Below are positions 48,832 through 58,150 of a DNA stretch of 64,000 nt, piece by piece; within the stretch, counting starts at the first letter, position 1, and each line of letters starts with the position of its first letter. The notes under the pieces are model-generated. The model had not been told where the DNA came from. It worked only from the letters and a program-made list of their open reading frames with translations, and did no database searches. The position numbers and the translations under genes are program-made. The DNA comes from an uncultured Acetobacter sp. Its GTDB lineage: Bacteria; Pseudomonadota; Alphaproteobacteria; RF32; CAG-239. The stretch is taken from positions 2,565 through 66,564 of the forward strand of contig CAZRHI010000001.1 in the NCBI GenBank assembly GCA_964599945.1. Reading direction: 5' to 3'.

Positions 48832-51075
48832 TTACTCCTCGTCGTAACGTTGATCAAAATAATTGTAACCAATTTTTGGCAGATATTTTAAAATATCCGT
48901 TTGCAAATTTTGCGCGTCCGCCTCTACTATGCTTAATATCTGCATGGTTGTATAATAGTTAATTTGCGCACCAGAAGCATAATCATTTACAGCAACAGTG
49001 TTTTGTTTCATATCCTCTTGTAGGCTGGCAATATTTGTTTCATTATCCTCTACTTTTGCATAATCTTTGCTTGATTTATAATTATTTATTGTGGCGAGTG
49101 TTAAAGTTTGGAATGATGTATCATTTATTGCTTTTATTGCTTTTTCTTTCCATGTTTTAGAACACTGCTCTAGTGTTTGGTTCTCTGCCGAGCAATAGTT
49201 TTCTTTATCTTTTTTATATCTACCATTTGCGGCAGCGGCATATTGGAACAAGCACTTTGAAATATTTCTCTCTGCAGCTCCTGTTTGTGTTTTATCAAAT
49301 TTACTCTCTGGTGCAACGGATATATCCTCTGCATCTTGGCCACAATTATATAAAAAAAGATTGGAAAATATTTGACGCTCCTCTGTTCCATTTTTTGTTT
49401 GGATATTTTTCATTAACCCTGGTTTACTACTGTTTGCATTGCTAAAATCTTTATCTCGACCATCTAAATATAATGTTTTTCCAGTTTTAAATTGTTGCGT
49501 AGCTTCTTTAGAACGTTGCAACGCATCTACTGTTCGGAGCATACTCCACAATCTGGGAGCTTCAATTTCTATCATTCCTAAATTCACATTGGCATTTCGA
49601 GTATTATCCACACTTTTTTCCAATTTACTTAACTGTGCTAATGTCCCATTTTCATCATACAACCACGAAAAAATATATTGTTGGATACGACTATTATTTT
49701 GAATATTTGCGATTGAATAATCTTCTACGATATGCGCATACACTCCATTTTTTCGGTGTGCTTTATATAACTCTTTGGCATTTGCATCCATTGTGTATGG
49801 ATCAAGATTACATTTATCACTAGATATTCCTTTTTTTACACAGACGTAGTCCTTTTCTGCTTTTGCCAATGTAACACATTCTCTGAATTTATCTGCCTTT
49901 TCTCCTAATTTTTTTAAATCATTTTCGTTTCCAAAATCTTTGCATAAAAGTTCTTTGGGAAGAATATATGTTTTGTACTCTTTGTTATTTTTATTTACAT
50001 ATATTCCTTTCGCATTGGATAGTTGATGATTTGAACTGTACTGAAAAAAATATTGTTGGTTATTTTTCATTAAAAAACTTAATTTTTCAGGTTCTTCATC
50101 TTCTTCCGAATATTCCCTACTATTACTTTGGCTATTTAGTATTTCCTCTTGTAATTTTTGCGCACCACTAATGAGTTCTTCGGCAATTTGTAATAAATTA
50201 TCGACAACATTTTCATCCCATGGCAGTGGATTTGAGGCGATGTCCTGTTGTAGTTTCTCCCCTGCTTGGTCTAATTCTTCTCTACTGATTTCACCTGCAT
50301 AATATGCTGCAATTTTTTGGCTATACTCATCAAAGCTATTTTGAATATTTTGAGCATATTCTGTGTCTAATTGCGTTTGTGCTGAATTTATAATATTTTC
50401 TGCCATTGTTTTGAGAAGTTCTGCCTTTTGCAATAACTCTTCTGCCTGACTTTTATATTCTTCGCGCTCTTCTTCTGTTAACTCATCACTCTGTTCTATT
50501 ACTGGAATTATTGTTTTTATGGTTTCAACAACTTCGGTGGTCATATCTTCTATTTGCACACCTGTTTCTTTCATTTTATCCTCTAGTTCTTGTTTTTGTT
50601 CTTCTATTTCCTCTTGAGAATCTTTAAGGGTACTTTGCACTTCCTCTTCTGTTGCCCCATTATCTATTTGAGAACCAACATTCTGCACGGTTTCTGTTAC
50701 CGTGTTGTTGACTGTTTGTACTGTTGATGTTACTGTATCCTTTATATTAGAAAATGCGTCTTTTAAACTTTTATCTATCTGAATACTTGATAAATCAAAT
50801 TCTCCTATTTTAGCGACTACATTTTTCAAATCAGCCATATATTTTGTAACGTTTGTAACTTGGTCGCCCACAGAATTTATGGTTTGTATTGTATTTTCTA
50901 TTTGGCTTTTAGTATTTGCAACTTGCGAAACGCCATTACTTATTCCAGAGATAAACGCCCCAACCTGAGCAAAGTCAAATGTTGGCCAAATAAATGCAAC
51001 AGCAGGACGTACAGCCATTATGCTACATATCGCTATGACGATTATACTTCTTTTAGCTTTTGTCCTTATACTCAT
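48832..51075 (-). CDS. VirB5-like N-domain fused to a long coiled coil and a Cys-containing C-terminal globular domain (747 aa)
   Basis: N-terminus AFIWPTFDFAQVGAF...QIENTIQTINSVGDQ parallels the 356-aa paralog (GIPTFDII...). C-terminal third has 10 Cys residues. Confidence 0.45.
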   Translation of the reverse strand: MSIRTKAKRSIIVIAICSIMAVRPAVAFIWPTFDFAQVGAFISGISNGVSQVANTKSQIENTIQTINSVGDQVTNVTKYMADLKNVVAKIGEFDLSSIQIDKSLKDAFSNIKDTVTSTVQTVNNTVTETVQNVGSQIDNGATEEEVQSTLKDSQEEIEEQKQELEDKMKETGVQIEDMTTEVVETIKTIIPVIEQSDELTEEEREEYKSQAEELLQKAELLKTMAENIINSAQTQLDTEYAQNIQNSFDEYSQKIAAYYAGEISREELDQAGEKLQQDIASNPLPWDENVVDNLLQIAEELISGAQKLQEEILNSQSNSREYSEEDEEPEKLSFLMKNNQQYFFQYSSNHQLSNAKGIYVNKNNKEYKTYILPKELLCKDFGNENDLKKLGEKADKFRECVTLAKAEKDYVCVKKGISSDKCNLDPYTMDANAKELYKAHRKNGVYAHIVEDYSIANIQNNSRIQQYIFSWLYDENGTLAQLSKLEKSVDNTRNANVNLGMIEIEAPRLWSMLRTVDALQRSKEATQQFKTGKTLYLDGRDKDFSNANSSKPGLMKNIQTKNGTEERQIFSNLFLYNCGQDAEDISVAPESKFDKTQTGAAERNISKCLFQYAAAANGRYKKDKENYCSAENQTLEQCSKTWKEKAIKAINDTSFQTLTLATINNYKSSKDYAKVEDNETNIASLQEDMKQNTVAVNDYASGAQINYYTTMQILSIVEADAQNLQTDILKYLPKIGYNYFDQRYDEE

Positions 51076-51119
51076 ATCAGTTCTCCCAATAATTTCTTTT
51101 TATATATACACTAAATAGT

Positions 51120-52190
51120 TTAACTTTTTGTTTCTTTTTGTATAGCATCTACTATTTCGGTAATTTTCTTTATTAAATTTTCAGTATCCTTTTGCAAACT
51201 TGCCACTGTTGCGTTCACCTCTTTTAAAACAGAAGAATCTGGTGTTACATTTATTGCATTCACATCATTTTTTAATTTTTCTCCTGCAATAATTACAGCA
51301 TCTTGGCTCGAATCTCCTTTAATATATTCGATTACGATTTTTGTATAATTATTGATACCATCTTTAATTTTGGCATTATACTCTTTGTTATAATTTTCTT
51401 TGGCTTGTTCTATAATATTTGCAGCCCAATTACCAACATCTTTGTATTTCTCTAATATTTCGCTGATTTCTTCTTTGATTTTTTCTTTATCTTGTTTAGT
51501 GATTTCCTCTGCCGTTTCTATTGATGTCTGAAGCTTAAGCAATGAAGCTGTATTTTTTGCCACCGCTTCATTTAACATGGTTAATTGGTTGTCTAGTATG
51601 TCATTTAATTCTATGGCTAGTTGCTTTTGTTCATCCGCTGTTTCTTTTTGCAACAAGAAAATTTCTTTTTCTTGCTCACTTATATCAATTTCCTCTTCCT
51701 CTTCTTCTTCGATAAGCACACTTCTGCTCCCTGGTCTATCTTTTGAGTTACCAGAGGGGTGGTTGCCAATACCTATTGTTTGCTGGGTTTGATTTACATA
51801 ATCACCTGTAATACCTTGCTGATTATTTACCGTATTTTGTATCGCATTTGAGACACTACTTGTGGCTTGTCCTATTGTATTGGTTAAATTTTCACCTACC
51901 GAGATTACATTATTAAATGTATCAACCATATCATTTAGATCTTGAACAAACCCTTGTAGAAAACCCGCAATACTGCCAATCTCAGAACCGATGGCATTTA
52001 GAGTTTTCTTCATCTCGTCAATTTGTTTTTTTAAATCTTTTAATGTGTCTATATCTGTCTTAAGATCTTTAAACACCATTGGAACATCTTCTATAATGTC
52101 AAAAGTAGGGATACCTAGCGCAACTGCATCAAATGCAAATAAGTATGCACATAAACTGAGAATAGCTCTGTATTGCTTACTCTTTCTCAT
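51120..52190 (-). CDS. VirB5/TrbJ-like secreted protein, paralog 1 (356 aa)
   Basis: Signal peptide, GIPTFDIIEDVP N-motif, helical with an acidic EEEEEE tract. First gene after virB4, as in trw/virB operons. Confidence 0.45.
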   Translation of the reverse strand: MRKSKQYRAILSLCAYLFAFDAVALGIPTFDIIEDVPMVFKDLKTDIDTLKDLKKQIDEMKKTLNAIGSEIGSIAGFLQGFVQDLNDMVDTFNNVISVGENLTNTIGQATSSVSNAIQNTVNNQQGITGDYVNQTQQTIGIGNHPSGNSKDRPGSRSVLIEEEEEEEIDISEQEKEIFLLQKETADEQKQLAIELNDILDNQLTMLNEAVAKNTASLLKLQTSIETAEEITKQDKEKIKEEISEILEKYKDVGNWAANIIEQAKENYNKEYNAKIKDGINNYTKIVIEYIKGDSSQDAVIIAGEKLKNDVNAINVTPDSSVLKEVNATVASLQKDTENLIKKITEIVDAIQKETKS

Positions 52191-52256
52191 AATGTTCCTC
52201 CTAAAATAATATTTTATGGTTTATGATAGCATATTTTTCATATTTTGTCAATATTT

Positions 52257-54710
52257 TTATCCTCCTAAACCATCTAAGTACTTCGTTACGAAACCATCTT
52301 CTCCATATTCTTTTACCAATTCATCAACCAATAAAACGTTTTTAATACCCGAATTATAAAGTTTAAGATATGGTCCTATTCCACCCAAATTAACATCTAG
52401 TACGACAGACTCACCCTCACCATTTTCCCCTGCGTCAGGACGCTTTATCAAAATCGCATAAGGGCAATCTCTATACGAGCGACCACATATAAAATTGTAC
52501 TCACTATCTGTTAAATTCCATTTTGCATAAGACTCTGGAGTTGCTTGTGTATTGCGGAAAAATATCATAGTTTTACATTGCCCACGTACGGCATCTCCAA
52601 CGCCTAAATCATCTACAATATTTGGTTGTTGGAAAGCACATAAATAGGCCTGACGTTTTTTACGCCCTTCTTGCAAACCCTTAATAAACGCATCTCTAAA
52701 CATTTCATGCTTTAACATTGGGGCGGTTTCATCTATCATAACCAATGCTGGCGTACCTGTTTCAGTACTTTCTGATTGGATACGATGCATAATATAGCTA
52801 ATAGATGCCGCTGCTAATGTTTCATCATCAAATATTTCTGTAAAATCAAACGCCACAAAACGATTTGTGCTTAAATCCAAACTATCATGTTCTGCATTAA
52901 AAATGTTACCATATTGATCTGGATTTACCCAGCGGAATAATTCTCTACGCATATTTCCTGTTGGAGAAAAGCAACTTTTATATAAATTGCTTAATACTCG
53001 CTCTTCTGGCTTGAGATAATCAAATGCTGTTGTTACTGCTCGGGCAGACTCTCGTTCGGAAAGAGCATCTGAAGACATTGTAATCGCTTTTAACCAATTT
53101 CGCAAGAAAGCTCGGTTACTTAATGTATCTCGCGTATCAAATGGATTTAATGAAACATTTTTTCGTTCTCCACTAAAACCCACATATGCTCCTTTAACGG
53201 TATGGGTAAAGATTTCTGCACCACGGTGGCGGTCAAAGAAGTAAACTTTCAAATCTCCATGGCGCATAGCTTGTCCTGCTAAAAATGTCAGCAATGTTGT
53301 TTTACCTTGTCCTGTTGGTCCAACAATACAACAGTGTGCCACCGCTGACTCGGCTGCGGAAATATGGAATTGGAAACGATATGGCGAACCGCTCATGGTT
53401 CTGAATACACTAATTGCACCTTCACCCCAGTCGCTCCGTGGCAAACCTGTTGATAGTTGTTCAAAAGATACAGCCAGCGATACTATACGGGATAGGTAGA
53501 AATATGTTCTACCGCACATATCATACCCAGGGAATTGGTTGAAAAATGTCGCCTGAGCTATCCAGTTTTCACGAACAGGAGTAACACTAAACAAACGACA
53601 AATACGTTGAATCTCACTTTCTCCAAACAGCACTTCTTCCAAGGTGTTCCCTTTTAATATGAAGCTCATAGAATATTCGATAAGTGATTGGTGATCTGCA
53701 TCGCTATCTTCGATTGCTGACAATGCTTCACTATATTGCGCAACTACATCACCTGAAAAACTTGTTACTTCTGCCATTTTTTGTTGTTGAACAAGTATAG
53801 CTCTTGCTTTGGGCTTAAACAATGGGTGGATATGATGCAATAATGTTAACTCACAATCTATTGACAACAACGCGGAAACCATATTCTCGTCCATATAATC
53901 ACCAGAAGTTCTGATGCCCATTGTTAAAGCGTATTTTTCCTTTTCGCCAGAAAAAAACTTTATTATTCCCTCTTCTCCTGTAAAGTGAATACCATCTGCG
54001 GTTAACATCTCTTTGAGTTGGAAACCTTGCGCTCCTCGTATTTTGGGTTTAGGATTACTTATTGGATTTAAGATGCGTACAAAAGGATATATCGGACTTA
54101 GTTCTGCAGGAGTTTCATCATCTTCAAACAGAACTTTAACCCCATAATCATTTAAGTTTGCAATAACTGACTGCGAGGCAAAATTCAAATCTTTGACAGC
54201 CTCTTTTCTATCTTCTATTGAAATTACGATGTAATGGTCATTTTTATATACACGACTCAGATTTTCACGCCAGACATCATCGACAATTTTTAACCATTTG
54301 TTCCCAAAATCATCTTTATTTTTTTCCATTGGAACACGTTCTCTTATGGTTATGACACGACAAGTTATCTGCAAATCCGCCATATTGTCTAACCATGCTT
54401 TACGGGCCTCAAACATAGATAAAATAGTTTCTTCTCTCGCGGACGTTAAATCCACACCTTGGACTTTAAAAACACGTACATATGAACCATTACTACAACG
54501 TAATGTTGACCCATCTGACAACAAACAATCAAACGGCAAAAAATCCGCAACACGAGACTCTCTTGGTTGAGGAAGAATCCATGTTCCCACTTTGGAAACT
54601 AGCGTAACAATTATTGCTGTCGCCATTATGATTCCCAAAACTGCAACAAGAGCTTCAGAGCTTTGCAAGCCCTCTCTAAAGAGTGTATAAAAATCAAAAT
54701 TAAGGTTCAA
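52257..54710 (-). CDS. virB4: T4SS ATPase VirB4/TrbE/CagE
   Basis: 817 aa, Walker A GPTGQGKTT and a Walker B region. Overlaps virB3 by 11 nt. Confidence 0.9.
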   Translation of the reverse strand: MNLNFDFYTLFREGLQSSEALVAVLGIIMATAIIVTLVSKVGTWILPQPRESRVADFLPFDCLLSDGSTLRCSNGSYVRVFKVQGVDLTSAREETILSMFEARKAWLDNMADLQITCRVITIRERVPMEKNKDDFGNKWLKIVDDVWRENLSRVYKNDHYIVISIEDRKEAVKDLNFASQSVIANLNDYGVKVLFEDDETPAELSPIYPFVRILNPISNPKPKIRGAQGFQLKEMLTADGIHFTGEEGIIKFFSGEKEKYALTMGIRTSGDYMDENMVSALLSIDCELTLLHHIHPLFKPKARAILVQQQKMAEVTSFSGDVVAQYSEALSAIEDSDADHQSLIEYSMSFILKGNTLEEVLFGESEIQRICRLFSVTPVRENWIAQATFFNQFPGYDMCGRTYFYLSRIVSLAVSFEQLSTGLPRSDWGEGAISVFRTMSGSPYRFQFHISAAESAVAHCCIVGPTGQGKTTLLTFLAGQAMRHGDLKVYFFDRHRGAEIFTHTVKGAYVGFSGERKNVSLNPFDTRDTLSNRAFLRNWLKAITMSSDALSERESARAVTTAFDYLKPEERVLSNLYKSCFSPTGNMRRELFRWVNPDQYGNIFNAEHDSLDLSTNRFVAFDFTEIFDDETLAAASISYIMHRIQSESTETGTPALVMIDETAPMLKHEMFRDAFIKGLQEGRKKRQAYLCAFQQPNIVDDLGVGDAVRGQCKTMIFFRNTQATPESYAKWNLTDSEYNFICGRSYRDCPYAILIKRPDAGENGEGESVVLDVNLGGIGPYLKLYNSGIKNVLLVDELVKEYGEDGFVTKYLDGLGG

Positions 54711-54990
54711 ATTTGTGTCCTTTCACCTTGTATAAATTTGTTGTTACAACATTTGTATTACCAAAAGCCTGCAACATTCCTGATAAATGCGGATCTTTTG
54801 TACCTAAAGCAACAACAACAAGGTGTCCTAACACGATTGTCATAATAAAAATTAAGGGGTTTGTTTGCCAGATACCAACACTCATAAACATAAATGGAAT
54901 CTGTAATCCTGCGTTTAGGGCTGTTGGCAAAACTGGTCCCCAAAACAGTTTTGGTGGATTAGCTACCGCTTTTAGAATTATATCTCTCAT
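54700..54990 (-). CDS. virB3: VirB3
   Basis: 96-aa membrane protein with the conserved PPKLFWGPV region, directly upstream of and overlapping virB4. Confidence 0.75.
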   Translation of the reverse strand: MRDIILKAVANPPKLFWGPVLPTALNAGLQIPFMFMSVGIWQTNPLIFIMTIVLGHLVVVALGTKDPHLSGMLQAFGNTNVVTTNLYKVKGHKFEP

Positions 54991-55074
54991 CGCGTTTATC
55001 CTTTTGCTGATTTGCCTTTCTTTAAGTATACGGCAAAAATTCTTTCAAAACTGTTAATTTCAAAATTAAAAAAA

Positions 55075-55482
55075 CTATCGACCGAAACTACTATTGCCTT
55101 TTGATGACTTCGGTACTTTCATATCTCCTGCTTTAGGTTTTATTGTTTCTTGGTATGTATCTTTAAAATTGTATACAAGTTCTTGGTTTCCGCCTTTAGC
55201 ATAAGTTATGAGCGCGCCCATACCTGAAAGAAAGAATAAACTGATGGTGATGTATCCCAAATGTTTGAAGTTGATTTTGCCACAGATAGCTAAAAATGTG
55301 AACATCACCATACCAAAACCAGAAATAACATATGCTAGTTTACGAAGGCCTTCTGCAAACCCGCCAGTTCTTTGAGCTATATCATGGAAAACACCTGCTT
55401 TAGCGGCATATGCATCATTGCACAATAAAATAACAACTAAAGCACAACATAGACTTAAAATATATTTACATCTTATTGACAT
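55075..55482 (-). CDS. virB2: VirB2/TrbC pilin paralog 1
   Basis: Signal peptide plus two hydrophobic helices, about 135 aa. Likely start MSIRCK...; the upstream extension in the tracked ORF overlaps the neighbouring gene and is not credible. Confidence 0.65.
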   Translation of the reverse strand: MSIRCKYILSLCCALVVILLCNDAYAAKAGVFHDIAQRTGGFAEGLRKLAYVISGFGMVMFTFLAICGKINFKHLGYITISLFFLSGMGALITYAKGGNQELVYNFKDTYQETIKPKAGDMKVPKSSKGNSSFGR

Positions 55483-55492
55483 GACAATTCTC

Positions 55493-55831
55493 CTAGTTTC
55501 CACCCATAATATCAGCTGGAATTGAATCAACAGCATCTGGAGCAAACATTTCAACAAACATTACACAAGAACTAATTACAACTAATCCAACAACAATAGC
55601 TGTTAACCATTTCCAGTTAATATTACCAAAAAAGCCACCTATACACACTGCAATAATTCCCACTGCAGAAGCTGGATATATAATTTCTCGTAAACCTGTA
55701 AAAATATCCTTTCCTGCATCTGTTAAGGCTGTAAAATGTTCTCCGCCAGCCCAAGCCAAAGTAGAATAGCACATAACAAAAGCTACAGTTAAGCTGATAA
55801 TGATACTTTTTTTATTATTAAACTTGCACAT
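55493..55831 (-). CDS. virB2: VirB2/TrbC pilin paralog 2
   Basis: Likely start MCKFNNKK..., signal peptide plus two hydrophobic helices, about 112 aa. Confidence 0.65.
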   Translation of the reverse strand: MCKFNNKKSIIISLTVAFVMCYSTLAWAGGEHFTALTDAGKDIFTGLREIIYPASAVGIIAVCIGGFFGNINWKWLTAIVVGLVVISSCVMFVEMFAPDAVDSIPADIMGGN

Positions 55832-55927
55832 AATACCTATTCCTCCCAAGTTATTGTAATTATTATAGCACAAATATTAAAAATATTCCAGTAAAAAGAC
55901 CTTTTCCGTACTTTAAATAACCATATG

Positions 55928-55956
55928 ATTTAATTATTTTTTTATCTTTGTAACAA
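55928..55956 (-). promoter_or_regulatory. sigma70-like promoter of virB2 paralog 2/1 (and possibly the downstream operon)
   Basis: On the minus strand: TTGTTA (55956-55951), 17-nt spacer, TTAAAT (55933-55928). Preceded by the conserved motif GTGAAATTTTTGTTACA, which is shared with the promoter at 56512-56540. Confidence 0.5.
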
Positions 55957-55985
55957 AAATTTCACACTTATTTTTTATACAAAAA

Positions 55986-56013
55986 CACCCTCTGTGATTT
56001 AACACAGAGGGTG
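55986..56013. terminator. hairpin terminator after virB2 paralog 3
   Basis: caccctctgtg-atttaa-cacagagggtg perfect 11-bp stem with T-runs on both strands, 20 bp downstream of the stop at 56035. Confidence 0.6.
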
Positions 56014-56034
56014 CTTTTGCGTTTTATCAGGTTA

Positions 56035-56412
56035 TTAGCTACCGCTGCTAGCTACATCACCCTCACCACTGTTAACAAAGGTATCAACAATGTCGTTAGA
56101 GTGTTGATCACCACCCATTTGAGCACCAGTTGCGTAGTTAACGATTGTACCAGCTGCAGCCAAGATAGCAAGACCTACTGCAAGACCTGCAAACCATGTC
56201 CATTTAACTTTTCCGAAGATTGCTTGGAAGGCAATACCCACTAAACCAAAACCACCTACAACGAAAATAATCATTTTTACATGGTTGAAAATTCTTACTG
56301 CTTTACCAGCAGCAACATCCATTACGCTTTCAGCATGAGATGCATCTGCGAACAATACTGTAAATACTAATGCCAATGAGCAGAGTATAAACATTTTCTT
56401 TAAGTTTCTCAT
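56035..56412 (-). CDS. virB2: VirB2/TrbC pilin paralog 3 (likely the major pilin, own transcription unit)
   Basis: 125 aa, signal peptide and two hydrophobic helices with a Gly-rich C-terminus. Flanked by its own promoter and terminator. Confidence 0.7.
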   Translation of the reverse strand: MRNLKKMFILCSLALVFTVLFADASHAESVMDVAAGKAVRIFNHVKMIIFVVGGFGLVGIAFQAIFGKVKWTWFAGLAVGLAILAAAGTIVNYATGAQMGGDQHSNDIVDTFVNSGEGDVASSGS

Positions 56413-56511
56413 TTTAGTTCTCCTAAAAATTCATTACACATTATTACTATACAATAAATAGCAAAAAAAATCAAGCTTTTCGGCTCACCCAGAACACAAG
56501 ACAAGACATTG

Positions 56512-56540
56512 TTTATAAACAAAATTATTTCCTGTAACAA
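56512..56540 (-). promoter_or_regulatory. sigma70-like promoter of virB2 paralog 3
   Basis: On the minus strand: TTGTTA (56540-56535), 17-nt spacer, TATAAA (56517-56512). The GTGAAGTTTTTGTTACA motif is conserved with the 55928-55956 promoter. Confidence 0.55.
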
Positions 56541-56684
56541 AAACTTCACATTCAAAAACACCCCATTTTGCCCTATTATAACCATTTTATTGATAGGAGT
56601 TATACTATTTTGTTGTTATTAGTTTGTAAATCTGCTTGCCAAAGATTCTATAATGTTTAAAATAAGGTTAATATTTAATTATGT

Positions 56685-58025
56685 TTGAGGATTTTATTAC
56701 CTATGAAAGGTATGCAGGGGTTTGTTATAGGGTTTAGCCTTTCTCTGATTGGCGTGTCTTTGACTGGACAGCTACTATTTTCGACGACTATCAGTCGGTA
56801 CACTCCCGTAGCTCAGCGCAACACTCAGATTGAATTATTTAAAAAAAGGTCAACCCCTCAACTAATTCCGCATAATGCACAAATTTTTGCAAGCATACAT
56901 CGCGTCGCACAACCTATCACATCCTCTTCTTCAAATACCTCTTCCACAGCCAACAACATAGACGCCCCAGAAGATGATGAAATTTTAAACATCAATATTG
57001 ACGGACTTATTCCCGTGGAATACAATAACACTTCCCCAGCGCAACACGCTGAGATAACAAGCAGCGAAGACAATGATTTATCCGCAATGTTACCTTCAAA
57101 CCTTGACGATAACGATGTTTTTTACAGTAACGAATCCCCTTGGGAGGCTGTAGAAGCCAATAACAAATATGTTAAAAACAAAAACCTAATCCAAGAACTA
57201 AACACCCAGCGTATCGCAGACACAATAGAAGATGGTTTCACCATAACCCTTGAAGACAATAGCGATATATCATATAAAGTAGCAGAAAAAATTAAATCTA
57301 GTTTACTTTTCCCTATTCCTAGCGAGATTTTGAATGACGAGAATCTTGTCCCCACATTCATAAAGAAACCCACCACCACTAAAAAGGAAGAAAAAAAAGT
57401 TGTCCCTATAAAAAATATTCCCACTAAACTCTCCACTCCTCAAGAAATGGATAATTTAACAATTTTACCCAAATCGCCAGTTGTCCAAAAAGACGACGAA
57501 TCTACATCTAAAAATTTGTTAAACAGTATAACCTCATGGTTTTCCTCTCCTGACAGCAAGTCAGAAGAAAAGGCCATAAAATCCACAGAGAACGTAGAAC
57601 CTAGAACTAAAGTTACTCCCTCATATAGCAGTCAAGGAACAAATTTTCAAAGACCCGAACAAAATAATAACAATAACAACAATGAGTTCGTGAACTTCTA
57701 TAAAACATTACAAGAAACCAATGACGCTCACAGAAATAACACAATAATCCCCTCCGAGCTAAAGCTTTCTTTTCAACCAAACAGAGCAGAGATTTCTGGT
57801 CAAACACTACGTTGGCTAAAAGCCTTTTCTGAAGCCACGCAAGATGACAACACATATTTACAGATTAGGTTAGATGTTTCAGCATCAACAGAGCTACAGA
57901 GAAAGCGTCTTAACCTACTGTATACTATTTTTATGAACAACGGTGTTGATTTCAAAAAAATTGACACAGTCTTTTCTTTAACCGAGCCAAACGCTTTCAT
58001 TATAAGGACTTTAGAAACGCGATGA
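56685..58025 (+). CDS. membrane-anchored protein with a S/T/N-rich low-complexity region (unknown; first gene of the plus-strand pilus module)
   Basis: N-terminal TM (FVIGFSLSLIGVSLTG), a poly-Asn run (NNNNNNN) and a C-terminal ~80-aa domain of unknown type. Confidence 0.4.
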   Translation: MRILLPMKGMQGFVIGFSLSLIGVSLTGQLLFSTTISRYTPVAQRNTQIELFKKRSTPQLIPHNAQIFASIHRVAQPITSSSSNTSSTANNIDAPEDDEILNINIDGLIPVEYNNTSPAQHAEITSSEDNDLSAMLPSNLDDNDVFYSNESPWEAVEANNKYVKNKNLIQELNTQRIADTIEDGFTITLEDNSDISYKVAEKIKSSLLFPIPSEILNDENLVPTFIKKPTTTKKEEKKVVPIKNIPTKLSTPQEMDNLTILPKSPVVQKDDESTSKNLLNSITSWFSSPDSKSEEKAIKSTENVEPRTKVTPSYSSQGTNFQRPEQNNNNNNNEFVNFYKTLQETNDAHRNNTIIPSELKLSFQPNRAEISGQTLRWLKAFSEATQDDNTYLQIRLDVSASTELQRKRLNLLYTIFMNNGVDFKKIDTVFSLTEPNAFIIRTLETR

Positions 58026-58150
58026 TTACTATTTTTATAACTTTTATAAAAAAAATTCACAAAACGTTTTATAAATGAGGTGTTGTGCTTGAATAATTAA
58101 ATTTTAACATTTATTGTGAAACGAGATTAGATTTAAAGATAGGTCAAATT

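Noticed and set aside
54713-55057. 114-aa plus-strand ORF antisense to virB3 and the virB2 region, and a 61-aa ORF at 54758-54943
   Set aside because: The opposite strand carries the membrane proteins VirB3 and VirB2 in canonical operon order. These are shadow ORFs.
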